Origin: Isurus oxyrinchus | Lineage: Eukaryota | NCBI GenBank assembly: GCA_026770705.1 | Contig: JANJGN010000018.1 | Coordinates: forward strand, 1,922,001-1,986,000 | Length of the DNA: 64,000 nucleotides | Direction: 5' to 3' | Part shown: in pieces, positions 63,414 through 64,000 of the stretch | How the letters are laid out: each line of letters begins with the position of its first letter | Numbering within the stretch: position 1 is the stretch's first letter | Notes under the pieces: generated by a model | What the model was told of the DNA's origin: nothing | The model's input: only the letters and a program-made list of their open reading frames with translations | The model's database searches: none | Translations under genes and position numbers: made by a program

Positions 63414-64000
63414 TAAAAACAAAAAAAAACTGCGGATGCTGGAAATCCAAAACAAAAACAGAATTACCTGGAAAAACTCAGCAGGTCTGGCAGCATCGGC
63501 GGAGAAGAAAAGAGTTGATGTTTCGAGTCCTCATGACCCTTCGACAGAACTTGATTTCGAGTCCATTTTCATTGAGGTGAGGGCGTAAGGGTATGAAACT
63601 AAGTCCTTCGCTGAGCACTGAACGTTCAGCATCGGAGAGGGGAAGGTCAGGGGGTATAGTGAATACACGGCTGGGGCTGGGATTGGAAGATGGGGTGGGG
63701 ACGGAGGGACAGGCCGGGGTGGAGGGTCCTAGATGGGTGTTGGTGTCGATGAGTTGTTGGAGCTTGCGTTCCTTAGCAGTTGAGAGAAAGAGAAAAAGCT
63801 TCTTGTTGAGGCGTCGGATGAGCCGAAGGATAAAATGAAACTGGGTCACGCGCAGCTTTGAAAAAGGGTACGGCGGTGCTGCTGGAGGGAGAGGTCGAGT
63901 GTGTTCATATGGTGGCGCATGGCACTGAGTGTGGATTTCAGAATGTGACGGGAACAGCAGTCTGAGAAACATTTTATGTCCCGGAGATACCGGTAATCCT
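63414..64000 (-). mobile_element. Young Penelope-like element, N-terminal ORF region joined directly to the 3' tail; runs off the window
   Basis: Open ORF QFHFILRLIRRLNKKLF..LPLSDAERSVLSEGLSFIPLRPHLNE stops matching at ~63562 and abuts the clean tail 63414-63550. Confidence 0.93.
63511..63553 (-). ncRNA. Degenerate minimal type-I hammerhead ribozyme in the PLE tail
   Basis: Minus strand aguu-CUGUCGA-a-ggguc-augag-gacuc-GAAAC-AUC-aacu: stem I and stem II pair; core differs from CUGANGA at A6. Hammerheads in PLE pLTRs are established. Confidence 0.6.

Noticed and set aside
1-64000. CRISPR arrays, operons, rRNA/tRNA genes or prokaryotic defence systems
   Set aside because: No regular repeat-spacer array, no long compact ORFs and no structured RNA gene recognised; the content is vertebrate repeat and pseudogene DNA.

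Overview
Repeat-rich vertebrate genomic DNA, most likely from a cartilaginous fish (shark). This is inferred from the Penelope/CR1/SINE repeat families and the gene families present. I found no intact protein-coding gene; almost every entry in the ORF track is a retroelement fragment, a pseudogene fragment or noise. Under the repeats lies a birth-and-death graveyard of two interleaved receptor families. (i) Four same-strand, heavily decayed CD163/WC1/DMBT1-like genes (group-B SRCR repeats, transmembrane segment, Tyr-motif tail) at <150-5010, ~19824-25890, ~26503-37850 and ~38236-50691. (ii) Three to four two-exon GPR139-like 7TM pseudogenes at 15400-19147 (-), 52330-53690 (-), 60890-62691 (+) and a weak remnant at 5900-6600 (+). 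Two of the GPR139-like copies form an inverted duplication with shared inactivating lesions. Inserted among these are Penelope-like elements with degenerate hammerhead-ribozyme tails, CR1-group LINEs, a tRNA-derived SINE, a possible gag-pro-env relic, a 36-bp minisatellite and a 154-N assembly gap. Family calls rest on manual translation and motif recognition, not on a database search. Boundaries of decayed exons are approximate.
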